This document shows positions 54,171-63,581 of a stretch of 64,000 bases of DNA, piece by piece. Positions within the stretch are counted from its first letter, which is position 1. Each line of letters begins with the position of its first letter. The stretch lies in NCBI GenBank assembly GCA_963682005.1, contig OY820914.1, positions 4,964,979-5,028,978 on the forward strand, read 5' to 3'. This stretch comes from Bacteroidales bacterium (lineage in GTDB: Bacteria; Bacteroidota; Bacteroidia; Bacteroidales; FEN-979). Position numbers and translations under genes: made by a program. The notes under the pieces are model-generated. The model was not told the DNA's origin and ran no database searches. It saw nothing but the letters and a program-made list of their open reading frames with translations.

Positions 54171-55718
54171 ATGAGTTTACGACAAAAATCGAATGAACTG
54201 AAAAGAAGGATGCAGGAAGCCTTCAAAGGTGGTGGCGAACAAGCGACCGAGAAGCAGAAAGCATCGGGTAAAATGACGGCCAGGGAAAGGATCCTTGCGC
54301 TCCTTGATCCCAACACTTTTCATGAGTATGATCTTTTTGTCAAGCATGCAGGCGTTGATTTTGAGATGGATAAGAAATACCTTCCGGGGGATGGTGTAAT
54401 TACAGGGACCGGTTCAATAAACGGATGGCCTGTTTGCATTTTCGCCCAGGATTTCACTGTCGCAGGTGGTTCTTTAGGGTATATGCATGCGAAGAAAATT
54501 TCGAAGATCATGGACCATGCCATGAAAATGAAGGTTCCTTTGATCGGTATCAATGATTCAGGTGGCGCCCGTATCCAGGAAGGGGTTAATTCACTGGCCG
54601 GATATGGAGAAATATTTTATAGAAACACCCAGGCTTCCGGTGTGATCCCGCAAATTTCGGTGATCCTTGGCCCCTGTGCAGGCGGGGCAGTGTATTCCCC
54701 TGCTTTGACGGATTTTGTATTTGTGGTGGACAAAATATCCAAGATGTTCATTACAGGCCCTGAAGTGATAAAGACAGTTCTCGGCGAAGAGATATCCATG
54801 GAAGACCTTGGAGGTGCGCGCGTACATGCCGAAATTACCGGGAATGCCCACTTCTTTGCTGAAAGCGAGGCTGAATGTTTTGAGCAGATCAAACAGCTTG
54901 TCAGTTTCATTCCATGGAACAATGAGAAGAAAGCCGAAACGTTCCCGAAAAAGGCACCAAAGTCGAGAAATTTCAAGATCGATCAGATCTTCCCTACAAA
55001 TCATATGGAGTCTTATGATGTCAGGGGAGTCATTAAAGCCATCGTGGATGATTCGGAATTCTTTGAAGTGCATGAACACTGGGCACAAAATATTATCATA
55101 GGTTTTGCAAGGCTTGACGGGCAAACCGTAGGTTTTGTTGCAAATCAGCCCATGGTGCTTGCTGGCGTACTGGATGTGGACTCCTCCGACAAGGCCGCCC
55201 GTTTTATCCGTTACTGCGACGCCTTCAATATTCCGCTTGTTACCCTCGTTGACCTTCCGGGATACCTCCCTGGCGTGGACCAGGAGCATGCCGGTGTTAT
55301 CCGTCATGGTGCTAAAGTACTTTATGCCTATTCAGAGGCCACCGTTCCAAAACTGACGGTTATCCTGAGAAAAGCTTATGGCGGAGGATACATTGCCATG
55401 TGCTCGCATCATCTGAGGGCTGATTTTGTCTTTGCCTGGCCAACTGCTGAAATTGCAGTCATGGGACCCGAAGGCGCAGCGAACATTATTTTCAGGAATG
55501 AGATCAAATCCTCTGAAAATCCTGAAGAGACCCGTAAGAAACTTATCGAGGACTACCGTACAAAATTTGCGAACCCTTATGTTGCTGCCGCATACGGTTA
55601 CGTCGATGCTGTTATAGAACCGAATGAAACCAGGAATTTTCTGATCCATTCCCTCAATATTGCCACCCATAAACGCGAACCAGTCCCATTCAAAAAACAC
55701 GGTATTCCCCCATTCTGA
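54171..55718 (+). CDS. acyl-CoA carboxyltransferase (methylmalonyl-CoA decarboxylase alpha / propionyl-CoA carboxylase beta type)
   Basis: KMTARERILALLDPNTFHEYD, GGARIQEG, typical 515-aa carboxyl transferase. Confidence 0.9.
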   Translation: MSLRQKSNELKRRMQEAFKGGGEQATEKQKASGKMTARERILALLDPNTFHEYDLFVKHAGVDFEMDKKYLPGDGVITGTGSINGWPVCIFAQDFTVAGGSLGYMHAKKISKIMDHAMKMKVPLIGINDSGGARIQEGVNSLAGYGEIFYRNTQASGVIPQISVILGPCAGGAVYSPALTDFVFVVDKISKMFITGPEVIKTVLGEEISMEDLGGARVHAEITGNAHFFAESEAECFEQIKQLVSFIPWNNEKKAETFPKKAPKSRNFKIDQIFPTNHMESYDVRGVIKAIVDDSEFFEVHEHWAQNIIIGFARLDGQTVGFVANQPMVLAGVLDVDSSDKAARFIRYCDAFNIPLVTLVDLPGYLPGVDQEHAGVIRHGAKVLYAYSEATVPKLTVILRKAYGGGYIAMCSHHLRADFVFAWPTAEIAVMGPEGAANIIFRNEIKSSENPEETRKKLIEDYRTKFANPYVAAAYGYVDAVIEPNETRNFLIHSLNIATHKREPVPFKKHGIPPF

Positions 55719-55782
55719 TCAGAAACAGCCTGAATAAACATCCGAAAATTATTAACCAGGAAGATCCATAAATACAATTTCC

Positions 55783-56109
55783 ATGGAGAATGAAGAACCC
55801 AAGCCTGAATTGCACATATTCAACTTTGAAAATGTTGAATACAAGACGCGGTACACGAAAAAATTTGAAAACAGAAAACCCTATACTATCCCGGATCCCA
55901 AAAAGATCTATGCTTTTATCCCTGGCCAGATCCTGAAAGTTTTCGTCAAAGAGGGACATAAGGTTAAGAAAGGCGACCCATTACTCATTCTTCAGGCGAT
56001 GAAAATGAACAATATCCTGTTAGCACCCATTAATGGTGTCATAAAAACAATCTATGTAAAAGTCGGGGAAACCGTTCCAAAATCTCAAATGCTTGTGGAA
56101 CTGAAGTAG
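55783..56109 (+). CDS. biotin carboxyl carrier (biotinyl-lipoyl domain) protein
   Basis: Biotinylation motif LQAMKMNN. Confidence 0.85.
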   Translation: MENEEPKPELHIFNFENVEYKTRYTKKFENRKPYTIPDPKKIYAFIPGQILKVFVKEGHKVKKGDPLLILQAMKMNNILLAPINGVIKTIYVKVGETVPKSQMLVELK

Positions 56110-56137
56110 AAAATATTTCAGGATTCAATTAATATGT

Positions 56138-56145
56138 ATATCTTT
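56138..56145 (+). promoter_or_regulatory. Bacteroidota -7 box TATCTTTG
   Basis: TAnnTTTG(CA) upstream of rpsT. Confidence 0.45.
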
Positions 56146-56211
56146 GCACACTTTTTTGAAATTCCTGCATTAAAATAAAACATATAACACAGTTAAGAAA
56201 AAATCAGAGAA

Positions 56212-56475
56212 ATGGCAAACCATAAATCATCAGAAAAACGCATCCGTTCTACCAAAACAAAACAAAAACTGAATAAATATCAGGGAAAAACCGTTCGTAA
56301 TGCGATTAAAACGATACGGGCAACAGACGACAAGGCAGAATTTGTAAAGAATCTCCCTGCAGTCATTTCCAAAGTTGACAAATTAGCCAAGAAGAGCGTT
56401 ATTCATAAGAACAAAGCGTCAAACCTCAAGTCAAAGCTGATGAAAAAAGCCAATGCTGAAAAGGCTCAGGCTTAA
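56212..56475 (+). CDS. rpsT: 30S ribosomal protein S20
   Basis: [25 protein letters not shown]-terminus, 87 aa, basic. Confidence 0.93.
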   Translation: MANHKSSEKRIRSTKTKQKLNKYQGKTVRNAIKTIRATDDKAEFVKNLPAVISKVDKLAKKSVIHKNKASNLKSKLMKKANAEKAQA

Positions 56476-56626
56476 TCTTTAGTTAAAGGTATTTCATTTT
56501 CAGGCACCACTGGTCCTGCAGCAGTTCATAAGAATGCTGTATGTCCGGTGGTGTTCTTTTTTGTAATTTTGTTTCGGCTCCAATCTTTGTACTGCGGGTC
56601 CCTGGCTAAAAGTTTATGAATGTAGG

Positions 56627-56668
56627 TTTTTTACTTTTGATTTTTCACTTTTGACTTTTGACTTTTTC
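56627..56668. repeat. tandem CTTTTGA-type oligomer array
   Basis: TTTTTACTTTTGATTTTTCACTTTTGACTTTTGACTTTTTC directly upstream of the ATG at 56670. Confidence 0.7.
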
Positions 56669-56669
56669 A

Positions 56670-57551
56670 ATGACTGAATCCCGGGAAATATCCGAACACT
56701 TCATCGACACGGAAAAATTATTCCGGGATAAAAATCCCAGGCTGCACAGGCTAATCCCGGGCTTTCTGTTTCGTATGCTCCGAAGGCTCATTCATGAGGA
56801 TTTTATTAATACGATGATCTATAAGCACCGGGATAAAACAGGGTTGGCTTTTGTATCATCAGTTATTGAGGATTTTGGAGTTAAAATAGAGGTCTTCCGT
56901 TCATCATCACAAAAATTTTCAGCCGGTAATCCTCATCATAGTGTGACAAATGATCTTTTCCCTTCATCGGGAAGATACATTATTGCAGCCAACCATCCTC
57001 TCGGAGGACTCGACGGACTGGCTCTTATCGAAACAGCTGGCAAGATCAGGCCCGATATCATCTTTCCGGTCAATGACCTTCTTATGTATGTTCCCGGACT
57101 CAAACCTTTGTTCATTCCCATAAACAAGCACGGGAGAAACACTGAAAACGTACAGATCATTGATGAAACATTTGCCGGGGAAAAGCTGATCCTTTTCTTT
57201 CCTGCAGGACTTGTATCCCGCAAGCAAGGGAAAAATATCAAAGATCTTGAATGGAAGAAAACCTTCATCACCAGGGCAAAAAAATATCAGAGGGACATTA
57301 TTCCGGTCTATATCTCCGGACAGAATTCCGGGTTCTTTTACAACCTCTCAAACTGGAGAAGAAGATTGAGAATAAAAGCAAATATCGAAATGCTTTTCCT
57401 TCCTGATGAAATGGTTAAACAAAAAGATAAAACGATCACCATTGTTTTTGGCGATCCGATCCCGTATACCCTGTTCGACAAAACAAAAACGGATCAACAA
57501 TGGGCTGAAGTGATTAAAAAGAAGGTATATAAAATGGGAAAACTTGTATGA
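56670..57551 (+). CDS. lysophospholipid/1-acyl-glycerol-3-phosphate acyltransferase-family protein (GlsA/OlsA-like)
   Basis: HX4D motif NHPLGGLDG; ATG at 56670 preferred over the tracked non-ATG start. Confidence 0.7.
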   Translation: MTESREISEHFIDTEKLFRDKNPRLHRLIPGFLFRMLRRLIHEDFINTMIYKHRDKTGLAFVSSVIEDFGVKIEVFRSSSQKFSAGNPHHSVTNDLFPSSGRYIIAANHPLGGLDGLALIETAGKIRPDIIFPVNDLLMYVPGLKPLFIPINKHGRNTENVQIIDETFAGEKLILFFPAGLVSRKQGKNIKDLEWKKTFITRAKKYQRDIIPVYISGQNSGFFYNLSNWRRRLRIKANIEMLFLPDEMVKQKDKTITIVFGDPIPYTLFDKTKTDQQWAEVIKKKVYKMGKLV

Positions 57552-57574
57552 GGATTTTATTGTAATTTTGGGCT

Positions 57575-57668
57575 CATTGATGAGGTGATGAGGTGATGAG
57601 GTGAAAGATAATTGGCTATGTGACTTGATCACTCCATCACTTCATCACTTCATCACTCCATCACTTGA
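57575..57668. repeat. oligomer-repeat hairpin (GATGAGGT)x3 / (TCACTYCA)n
   Basis: TCATTGATGAGGTGATGAGGTGATGAGGTGA ... TCACTCCATCACTTCATCACTTCATCACTCCATCACTTGA. Confidence 0.85.
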
Positions 57669-57708
57669 AAATCATCAAGCAAAATATGAATAGTGCGTTT
57701 TGAGAAGT

Positions 57709-58680
57709 ATGGAGACCATTATACCACCGGTAGACACGAGATTGCTGGAAAATGAGCTTGGCGATCATAAGTTCGTCCGTAATACGAATAATGGGAACAA
57801 TAAGATCTATATGTTCACCGCACACGAATCTCCGAACCTCATGCGGGAAGTCGGCCGGTTACGGGAGATCACGTTCCGGGATGCCGGTGGCGGAACAGGC
57901 AAGGCTGTGGATATTGACGAATTTGACCTTGCTTCCAAGCCATTCCATCAACTTATAGTCTGGAATCCGAAGGAAAAAGAAATTGTCGGAGGATACCGCT
58001 TTATCCTGGGGAAAGATATTCCCTGCGACCAGAAAGGCTGTCTTAACAGCGCAACAGCCGAACTTTTCAGTTTCTCTGAAAAATTCGTTCGCGATTACCT
58101 GCTGAATTCAATAGAACTTGGACGATCCTTTGTCCAGCCCGAATACCAGCCAACCGTCAACCTGAAAAAAGGGCTCTATTCACTCGATAACCTTTGGGAT
58201 GGCCTCGGAGCAATGATCATCGATTATTCTGAAGTAAAGTATTTTTTCGGAAAAATGACCATGTTCCCGGATTATAATAAAACCGCCCGGGATATCATCC
58301 TGTTTTTCCTTGCAAAATACTTTCCTGACCGCGAAAATCTCCTCACCCCGATATACCCGATATTAGCAGAAACCGACAGAGAAGTACTTTCAGGTATTTT
58401 TTCCGGCCTGACTTATGAAGAGAATTATAAGATCCTGATCCACGAGATCAGAAAGCACAATGAGCACATTCCTCCGCTTGTAAATGCGTACATGAATTTA
58501 TCACCGACGATGAGGACATTTGGCACCTCGTTAAACGCCGAGTTTGGTAATGTGGAAGAAACCGGCATCATGATCAATATTGAAGACATCTACCAGCGAA
58601 AAAAAGAACGGCACCTCGCTTCCTATATTCGAAGGATCTCTTCACTGACCAACCTGAAACTAAGAAGAAAAAGAGGATGA
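57709..58680 (+). CDS. GNAT-family N-acyltransferase ('hemolysin'-like; GlsB/OlsB-like lipoamino-acid synthase)
   Basis: REVGRLREITFRDAGGGTGK..DIDEFD pattern typical of OlsB/GlsB-type proteins; next to the acyltransferase. Confidence 0.65.
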   Translation: METIIPPVDTRLLENELGDHKFVRNTNNGNNKIYMFTAHESPNLMREVGRLREITFRDAGGGTGKAVDIDEFDLASKPFHQLIVWNPKEKEIVGGYRFILGKDIPCDQKGCLNSATAELFSFSEKFVRDYLLNSIELGRSFVQPEYQPTVNLKKGLYSLDNLWDGLGAMIIDYSEVKYFFGKMTMFPDYNKTARDIILFFLAKYFPDRENLLTPIYPILAETDREVLSGIFSGLTYEENYKILIHEIRKHNEHIPPLVNAYMNLSPTMRTFGTSLNAEFGNVEETGIMINIEDIYQRKKERHLASYIRRISSLTNLKLRRKRG

Positions 58681-59279
58681 ACCTGATAAAAGCAGAATTT
58701 ATTACCAGCTCCGCAAACCTGAAATCTTGCCCGCCGATGAATACACCGGAATTTGCTTTCATCGGTCGCTCCAATGTTGGAAAATCATCCCTGATCAACT
58801 TCATCACCAACCGGAAAAAGCTGGCCAAAGTTTCTCAAACTCCTGGCAAGACCAGGCTCATCAATCATTTCCTTATCAATGATCAGTGGTACCTTGTCGA
58901 TCTGCCCGGCTATGGATTTGCAAGATTATCCAGATCTGAAAGAGAAAGCCTTGAAAAACTGATCTACAGCTATTTTTCCGAAAGGAAGAATATCGAACAC
59001 ACCTTTGTTCTTGTCGATTCAAGACTGGAACCACAGGTAAATGACATTTCATTCATGGCCTGGCTGGCTTCCAGGAAGATCGGGTTCACTATCGTTTTTA
59101 CGAAATCTGACAAGCTCTCCAAAGGGAAGCTTGCAAAAAACATGACCCATTATATGACTTATCTTACAGAATTCCGGCCATATGCAACAGAGATCATTCC
59201 ATCCTCTATCCTCGATCATTCAGGGAAAGAGGAGATACTGGAAGTCATTGCAAACTATCTTGATGAGCCATCTTCTTAA
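58677..59279 (+). CDS. engB: ribosome biogenesis GTPase YsxC/EngB
   Basis: GRSNVGKSSLIN, DLPGYG, TKSDK. Confidence 0.9.
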   Translation: MNLIKAEFITSSANLKSCPPMNTPEFAFIGRSNVGKSSLINFITNRKKLAKVSQTPGKTRLINHFLINDQWYLVDLPGYGFARLSRSERESLEKLIYSYFSERKNIEHTFVLVDSRLEPQVNDISFMAWLASRKIGFTIVFTKSDKLSKGKLAKNMTHYMTYLTEFRPYATEIIPSSILDHSGKEEILEVIANYLDEPSS

Positions 59280-59301
59280 CGAATAAATCCTATTCCTGAT
59301 T

Positions 59302-60354
59302 ATGAAAATTGTTTCAATAGTCGGTGCACGCCCCCAGTTCATCAAAGCCGCCACCGTCTCCCGTTTCTTTCGGTCAAACCCTGACATCCGGGATATCCTG
59401 GTTCATACAGGGCAACACTATGATAAAAACATGTCTGATGTTTTTTTTTCAGAGCTTGATATTCCGGAACCGGATTATAATCTTGGTGTCGGTTCCGGTA
59501 GTCATGCGGATCAGACAGGCAAAATGATGGTAAAGATCGAGGATCTCCTTCTAAAGGAAAAACCGGACTGGACTCTTGTTTACGGCGATACGAATTCGAC
59601 CATTGCCGGAAGCCTGACGGCTGTAAAACTTCATATACCCGTTGCCCACATAGAATCAGGCCTGCGCAGCTTCAACCGCAGGATGCCCGAGGAGATCAAC
59701 CGGATCATCACCGACAGGATCTCCGACCTGCTCTTTGCTCCTACCCTGACGGCCATGAAGAACCTTGAAACTGATGGTTTGAAAAACATTTCAGTATTCA
59801 CCGGCGATGTTATGTATGATTCCATTCTATTCTACCAGAAGCTGATCGCTGAACATGAAGAAAAATACAGGACACCGGGCATTCCGGCACAGTACCTGCT
59901 GGCCACGGTCCATCGTGCAGAAAACACCGATAACCCCGGAAATATAAGCCAGATCTTTGAAGCCTTCTCGGGAGCGGGATATCCTGTTGTATTCCCTGTT
60001 CATCCGCGAACAAGGAAGATCCTTAAAACTATGCGGGCATTCCCGAAAAATGTAATCGTGATCGATCCTGTGGGGTACCTCGAAATGTTGAAGCTTATCA
60101 TGGATTCAACGAAAGTGCTCACCGATTCAGGCGGACTCCAGAAAGAGGCGTATTTCCTGGGAAAGCAATGCATTACCTTGCGCACTGAAACGGAATGGAT
60201 TGAAACTGTCCATGATGGATGGAATACCATTACAGGTACCGACAAGGAACAAATCCTGGCTGCGATCCGGTCTCCCCTTCCTTCTGCACCGCGCAAAAAT
60301 GAATTCGGGGATGGAAAAGCAACTGAAATTATCGTGAACAACCTTTTAAAATAA
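59302..60354 (+). CDS. wecB: UDP-N-acetylglucosamine 2-epimerase (non-hydrolysing)
   Basis: GARPQFIK, HTGQHYD, GDTNST, EEINR, SDSGGLQKEA. Confidence 0.9.
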   Translation: MKIVSIVGARPQFIKAATVSRFFRSNPDIRDILVHTGQHYDKNMSDVFFSELDIPEPDYNLGVGSGSHADQTGKMMVKIEDLLLKEKPDWTLVYGDTNSTIAGSLTAVKLHIPVAHIESGLRSFNRRMPEEINRIITDRISDLLFAPTLTAMKNLETDGLKNISVFTGDVMYDSILFYQKLIAEHEEKYRTPGIPAQYLLATVHRAENTDNPGNISQIFEAFSGAGYPVVFPVHPRTRKILKTMRAFPKNVIVIDPVGYLEMLKLIMDSTKVLTDSGGLQKEAYFLGKQCITLRTETEWIETVHDGWNTITGTDKEQILAAIRSPLPSAPRKNEFGDGKATEIIVNNLLK

Positions 60355-60465
60355 CCACCAGGATGCCAATACGCAAAAAAATTTGCGAATCAATTTCTTA
60401 GCATCTTTGCAGTGGAAAAGAGGATATCAAAAATCTAAACATACTTTCTTTGAATCACCTGTTTA

Positions 60466-60999
60466 ATGGATCATTCGAAAAAAAAAATCCCCATTAAAAG
60501 TTGGTATCCCGTTTATACCACCCCTCGGGCTGAAAAGAAAGTTCATGCCCGGTTGCAGGAGAAAGGGATCGAATCCTATTTGCCCCTGCAACGGGTTTTG
60601 AAGCAATGGACCGATCGCAAAAAATGGGTGGAAGAACCTTTTTTCCGTTCATATGTATTCGTCCATATCAATATTCTGGACCAGGCCAGCATCCTCCAGG
60701 TCCCGGGCGTCGTGCGTTTCATCTATTTCTCAGGAAAACCTGCAGCCATCAGGGACGACCAGGTAAGATTGCTGAAAATACTGACAACATCCAATGAACA
60801 TTTTATCGCTACACAAGAGGCATTCGGGGTTGGGGAATCTGTTGAAATCACAGGCGGTCCTTTTGCAGGTTTTACCGGCGAACTCATTGCATGTAAAGGA
60901 CAACGGTTGCTGATCATCAGGCTTACCGAGATCAATTATAACCTCCTGCTTGAGATCGACCCTGCATTGGTGAAAAAGAAAACTACTGGTGAGAGATAA
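60466..60999 (+). CDS. UpxY-family (NusG-like) transcription antiterminator
   Basis: WYPVYTTPRAEKKV..LQEKGIESYLPL, KOW-like GESVEITGGPFAGFTGEL; heads a polysaccharide locus. Confidence 0.85.
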   Translation: MDHSKKKIPIKSWYPVYTTPRAEKKVHARLQEKGIESYLPLQRVLKQWTDRKKWVEEPFFRSYVFVHINILDQASILQVPGVVRFIYFSGKPAAIRDDQVRLLKILTTSNEHFIATQEAFGVGESVEITGGPFAGFTGELIACKGQRLLIIRLTEINYNLLLEIDPALVKKKTTGER

Positions 61000-61022
61000 G
61001 AAGTGAGATATGAAGGGTCTAA

Positions 61023-61090
61023 TGACCCTGTGACCCTGTGACCCTGTGACCTTGTGACTTGGTGACCAGGTGACTTTGTGACCTTGTGGC
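61023..61090. repeat. tandem 8-mer array TGACCYTG x ~8.5
   Basis: TGACCCTG x3, TGACCTTG, TGACTTGG, TGACCAGG, TGACTTTG, TGACCTTG. Flanked by GTGAGATATG / CATCATCTCAC. Confidence 0.9.
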
Positions 61091-61158
61091 CCAATCACCA
61101 TCATCTCACAAATTTTTCCTAAATTGCGCCACGATTTTAAGCTTCATTTACCATTAAT

Positions 61159-61188
61159 TGTTCACTATTCACTTTTCACTATTCACTG
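61159..61188. repeat. tandem TTCACTATTCACT x2
   Basis: Ends 6 nt upstream of the ATG at 61194. Confidence 0.75.
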
Positions 61189-61193
61189 ATAAC

Positions 61194-62489
61194 ATGAGTA
61201 TTTACGAAAAATTATTAAAGAAAGAAACCAAATTATCCGTGATCGGATTAGGTTATGTCGGGTTACCGATTGCATTGGAATTCGCACGGAAGATCTCCGT
61301 TGTTGGGTTTGATATTAAAGAAGACCGCGTTCAGCTGATGCGGAAAAAGATTGACCCCAGTGAAGAACTGCCAACGGAGGCCTTTGAAGGCTGTGACATT
61401 GTTTATACAAGCAATCCGGCTGATTTGAAGGATTGTACCTTTCACATTGTGGCTGTTCCGACTCCGGTTGATAAGCACAACCTTCCTGACCTGAGTCCTT
61501 TGATCGCGGCAACCCGGACTGTCGGAAAGATCCTGAAGAAGGGCGACTATGTCGTTTATGAGTCAACGGTTTATCCCGGAGCTACAGAAGAAGATTGTGT
61601 TCCGGTGCTTGAAGAATTATCAGGATTGAAGTTCAATGCCGATTTTAAAGTCGGATTCTCACCGGAAAGGATCAATCCTGGTGACAGGGAACATACCCTG
61701 ACTACCGTAGTAAAGATTGTTTCCGGCTCCGATGCAGAGTCGCTCGAACAGGTAGCCAAAACATATGAACTTGTTGTTAAAGCCGGGGTTCACAGGGCAC
61801 CGACGATCAAGGTGGCTGAAGCCGCTAAAATCATCGAGAATTCGCAGCGTGATATCAATATTGCCTTCATGAACGAGCTTTCCCTTATTTTTGGAAGAAT
61901 GGGGATCAATATTTATGATGTAATCGATGCTGCAGCCACGAAATGGAACTTTCTGAAATTCTATCCCGGTTTGGTTGGAGGCCATTGCATTGGTGTCGAT
62001 CCATATTACCTGACCTATAAAGCGGAAGAATACCGGTATCACGCAAGGGTGATCAATGCAGGTCGTTATGTAAATGATTCAATGGGGTTTTATGTGGCGA
62101 AACAAACGGTAAAAAAGCTGATATTTGCAGAAAAGAACGTACTGAAGGCCAAGGTGCTGGTCATGGGTGCAACCTTTAAGGAAAATGTAAGCGATATCCG
62201 TAATTCGCGGGTTGCAGATCTCATTAATGAGCTGAAATCTTATGGCATTCAAGTCGATATAGTTGACCCCTACGCCGATAGCAAGGAACTGATGCATGAA
62301 TACGGATTCGGACTGACAACCAAACTCCGCAATGATTATGATGCCGTTGTCGTTGCTGTAAGTCATAAGCCATACCTTGACCTGGATGAAACCTATTTCA
62401 CATCAATAACCAAAGATAAAGGCATCCTGATCGATGTCAAAGGACTTTACAGGAAGAAGGTGAAAAGTATGATCTATTGGAGCCTTTAG
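61194..62489 (+). CDS. nucleotide-sugar dehydrogenase (UDP-ManNAc / UDP-GlcNAc 6-dehydrogenase type)
   Basis: VIGLGYVGLP Rossmann, catalytic GGHCIGVDPYY. Confidence 0.85.
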   Translation: MSIYEKLLKKETKLSVIGLGYVGLPIALEFARKISVVGFDIKEDRVQLMRKKIDPSEELPTEAFEGCDIVYTSNPADLKDCTFHIVAVPTPVDKHNLPDLSPLIAATRTVGKILKKGDYVVYESTVYPGATEEDCVPVLEELSGLKFNADFKVGFSPERINPGDREHTLTTVVKIVSGSDAESLEQVAKTYELVVKAGVHRAPTIKVAEAAKIIENSQRDINIAFMNELSLIFGRMGINIYDVIDAAATKWNFLKFYPGLVGGHCIGVDPYYLTYKAEEYRYHARVINAGRYVNDSMGFYVAKQTVKKLIFAEKNVLKAKVLVMGATFKENVSDIRNSRVADLINELKSYGIQVDIVDPYADSKELMHEYGFGLTTKLRNDYDAVVVAVSHKPYLDLDETYFTSITKDKGILIDVKGLYRKKVKSMIYWSL

Positions 62490-62490
62490 G

Positions 62491-62584
62491 AGGTGGTGAA
62501 CTGGTGAACTGGTGAGTTGGTGAGTGATTAAAGGTCAAAGGTCAGATTATCATAATTCATAATTCAAACTCATAATTCATAATT
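62491..62584. repeat. three adjacent oligomer arrays: (GGTGARYT)x4, (AAGGTCA)x2, (CATAATT)n
   Basis: GGTGGTGAACTGGTGAACTGGTGAGTTGGTGAGTG; AAGGTCAAAGGTCA; CATAATTCATAATTCAAACTCATAATTCATAATT. Confidence 0.85.
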
Positions 62585-62586
62585 AA

Positions 62587-63579
62587 ATGAATTTATTGAA
62601 TAAAAGCGTCCTTATAACAGGAGCAGATGGTTTCATCGGATCTCACCTGACTGAAGCACTGGTAAATAAGGGATGCCGTGTCAGAGCGCTGTCATATTAC
62701 AACTCCTTCAATTACCAGGGTTGGCTGGAAGATATACCATGCAGGACTGATGTGGAAATCTTGTCGGGGGATGTCCGTGATCCTGAATATTGCAGGAAGA
62801 TCACGAAGGATATTGACATTGTATTCCACCTGGCAGCACTGATCGCTATCCCCTATTCATACCATGCTCCCAACTCATATATTGATACGAATGTCAAGGG
62901 AACCCTCCACATATGCCAGGCTGCCATGGACAATGGAGTTGCCCGTGTCATTTCCACATCCACCAGCGAGGTATACGGAACCGCGAAATATGTTCCGATT
63001 GATGAGAACCACCCGTTGCAGCCTCAATCGCCATACAGTGCCAGCAAGATCGGCGCAGATGCGATTGCCATGAGCTTTTTCAATGCATTCAGCCTGCCCG
63101 TCACGATTGTCAGGCCGTTCAATACCTTTGGCCCGCGCCAGTCGGCCAGGGCCGTGATACCAAACATCATTTCACAGATCGCGGCCGGCAAAAATTCCAT
63201 CGATCTCGGGGACACATCCCCGACACGTGATTTTTCCTTCGTAAAAGATACCTGTAAAGGTTTTATCCTTGCAGCCGAATCAGACAAAACCAACGGTGAG
63301 ATCCTGAACATCGGCACAGGCACAGAATTCAGCATTGAAGAAACATTCAACCTGATCCGGAAACTGATGAGTTCCGACGTGTCGCTCCATGTTGATGAGC
63401 AAAGACTGAGACCCCGGAAATCAGAGGTATTCCGGCTTTTATGCAACAATGAGAAAAGTCGGAAACTCATCGGCTTTAACCCTGACTACACCTTTGAACA
63501 AGGACTTATCAAAACCATTGCCTGGTTTGAGAACCCGGAGAATCTTAAGAAATATAAAACCAATATTTATAATCTTTAG
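62587..63579 (+). CDS. NAD-dependent sugar-nucleotide epimerase/dehydratase (extended SDR)
   Basis: GADGFIGSH, YxxxK as YSASK. Confidence 0.85.
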   Translation: MNLLNKSVLITGADGFIGSHLTEALVNKGCRVRALSYYNSFNYQGWLEDIPCRTDVEILSGDVRDPEYCRKITKDIDIVFHLAALIAIPYSYHAPNSYIDTNVKGTLHICQAAMDNGVARVISTSTSEVYGTAKYVPIDENHPLQPQSPYSASKIGADAIAMSFFNAFSLPVTIVRPFNTFGPRQSARAVIPNIISQIAAGKNSIDLGDTSPTRDFSFVKDTCKGFILAAESDKTNGEILNIGTGTEFSIEETFNLIRKLMSSDVSLHVDEQRLRPRKSEVFRLLCNNEKSRKLIGFNPDYTFEQGLIKTIAWFENPENLKKYKTNIYNL

Positions 63580-63581
63580 TG

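Noticed and set aside
54591-55307. 238-aa ORF on the minus strand
   Set aside because: It is entirely antisense to the well-supported carboxyltransferase gene. No motif was recognised, so it is a typical shadow ORF.
61023-61090. Possible CRISPR-like array
   Set aside because: The units are 8 bp and directly abutting with no spacers, and there are no cas genes. It is a simple tandem repeat.
60730-61104. 124-aa minus-strand ORF with HKVT-like peptide repeats
   Set aside because: It is produced by translating the TGACCYTG 8-mer array plus the antisense of upxY.
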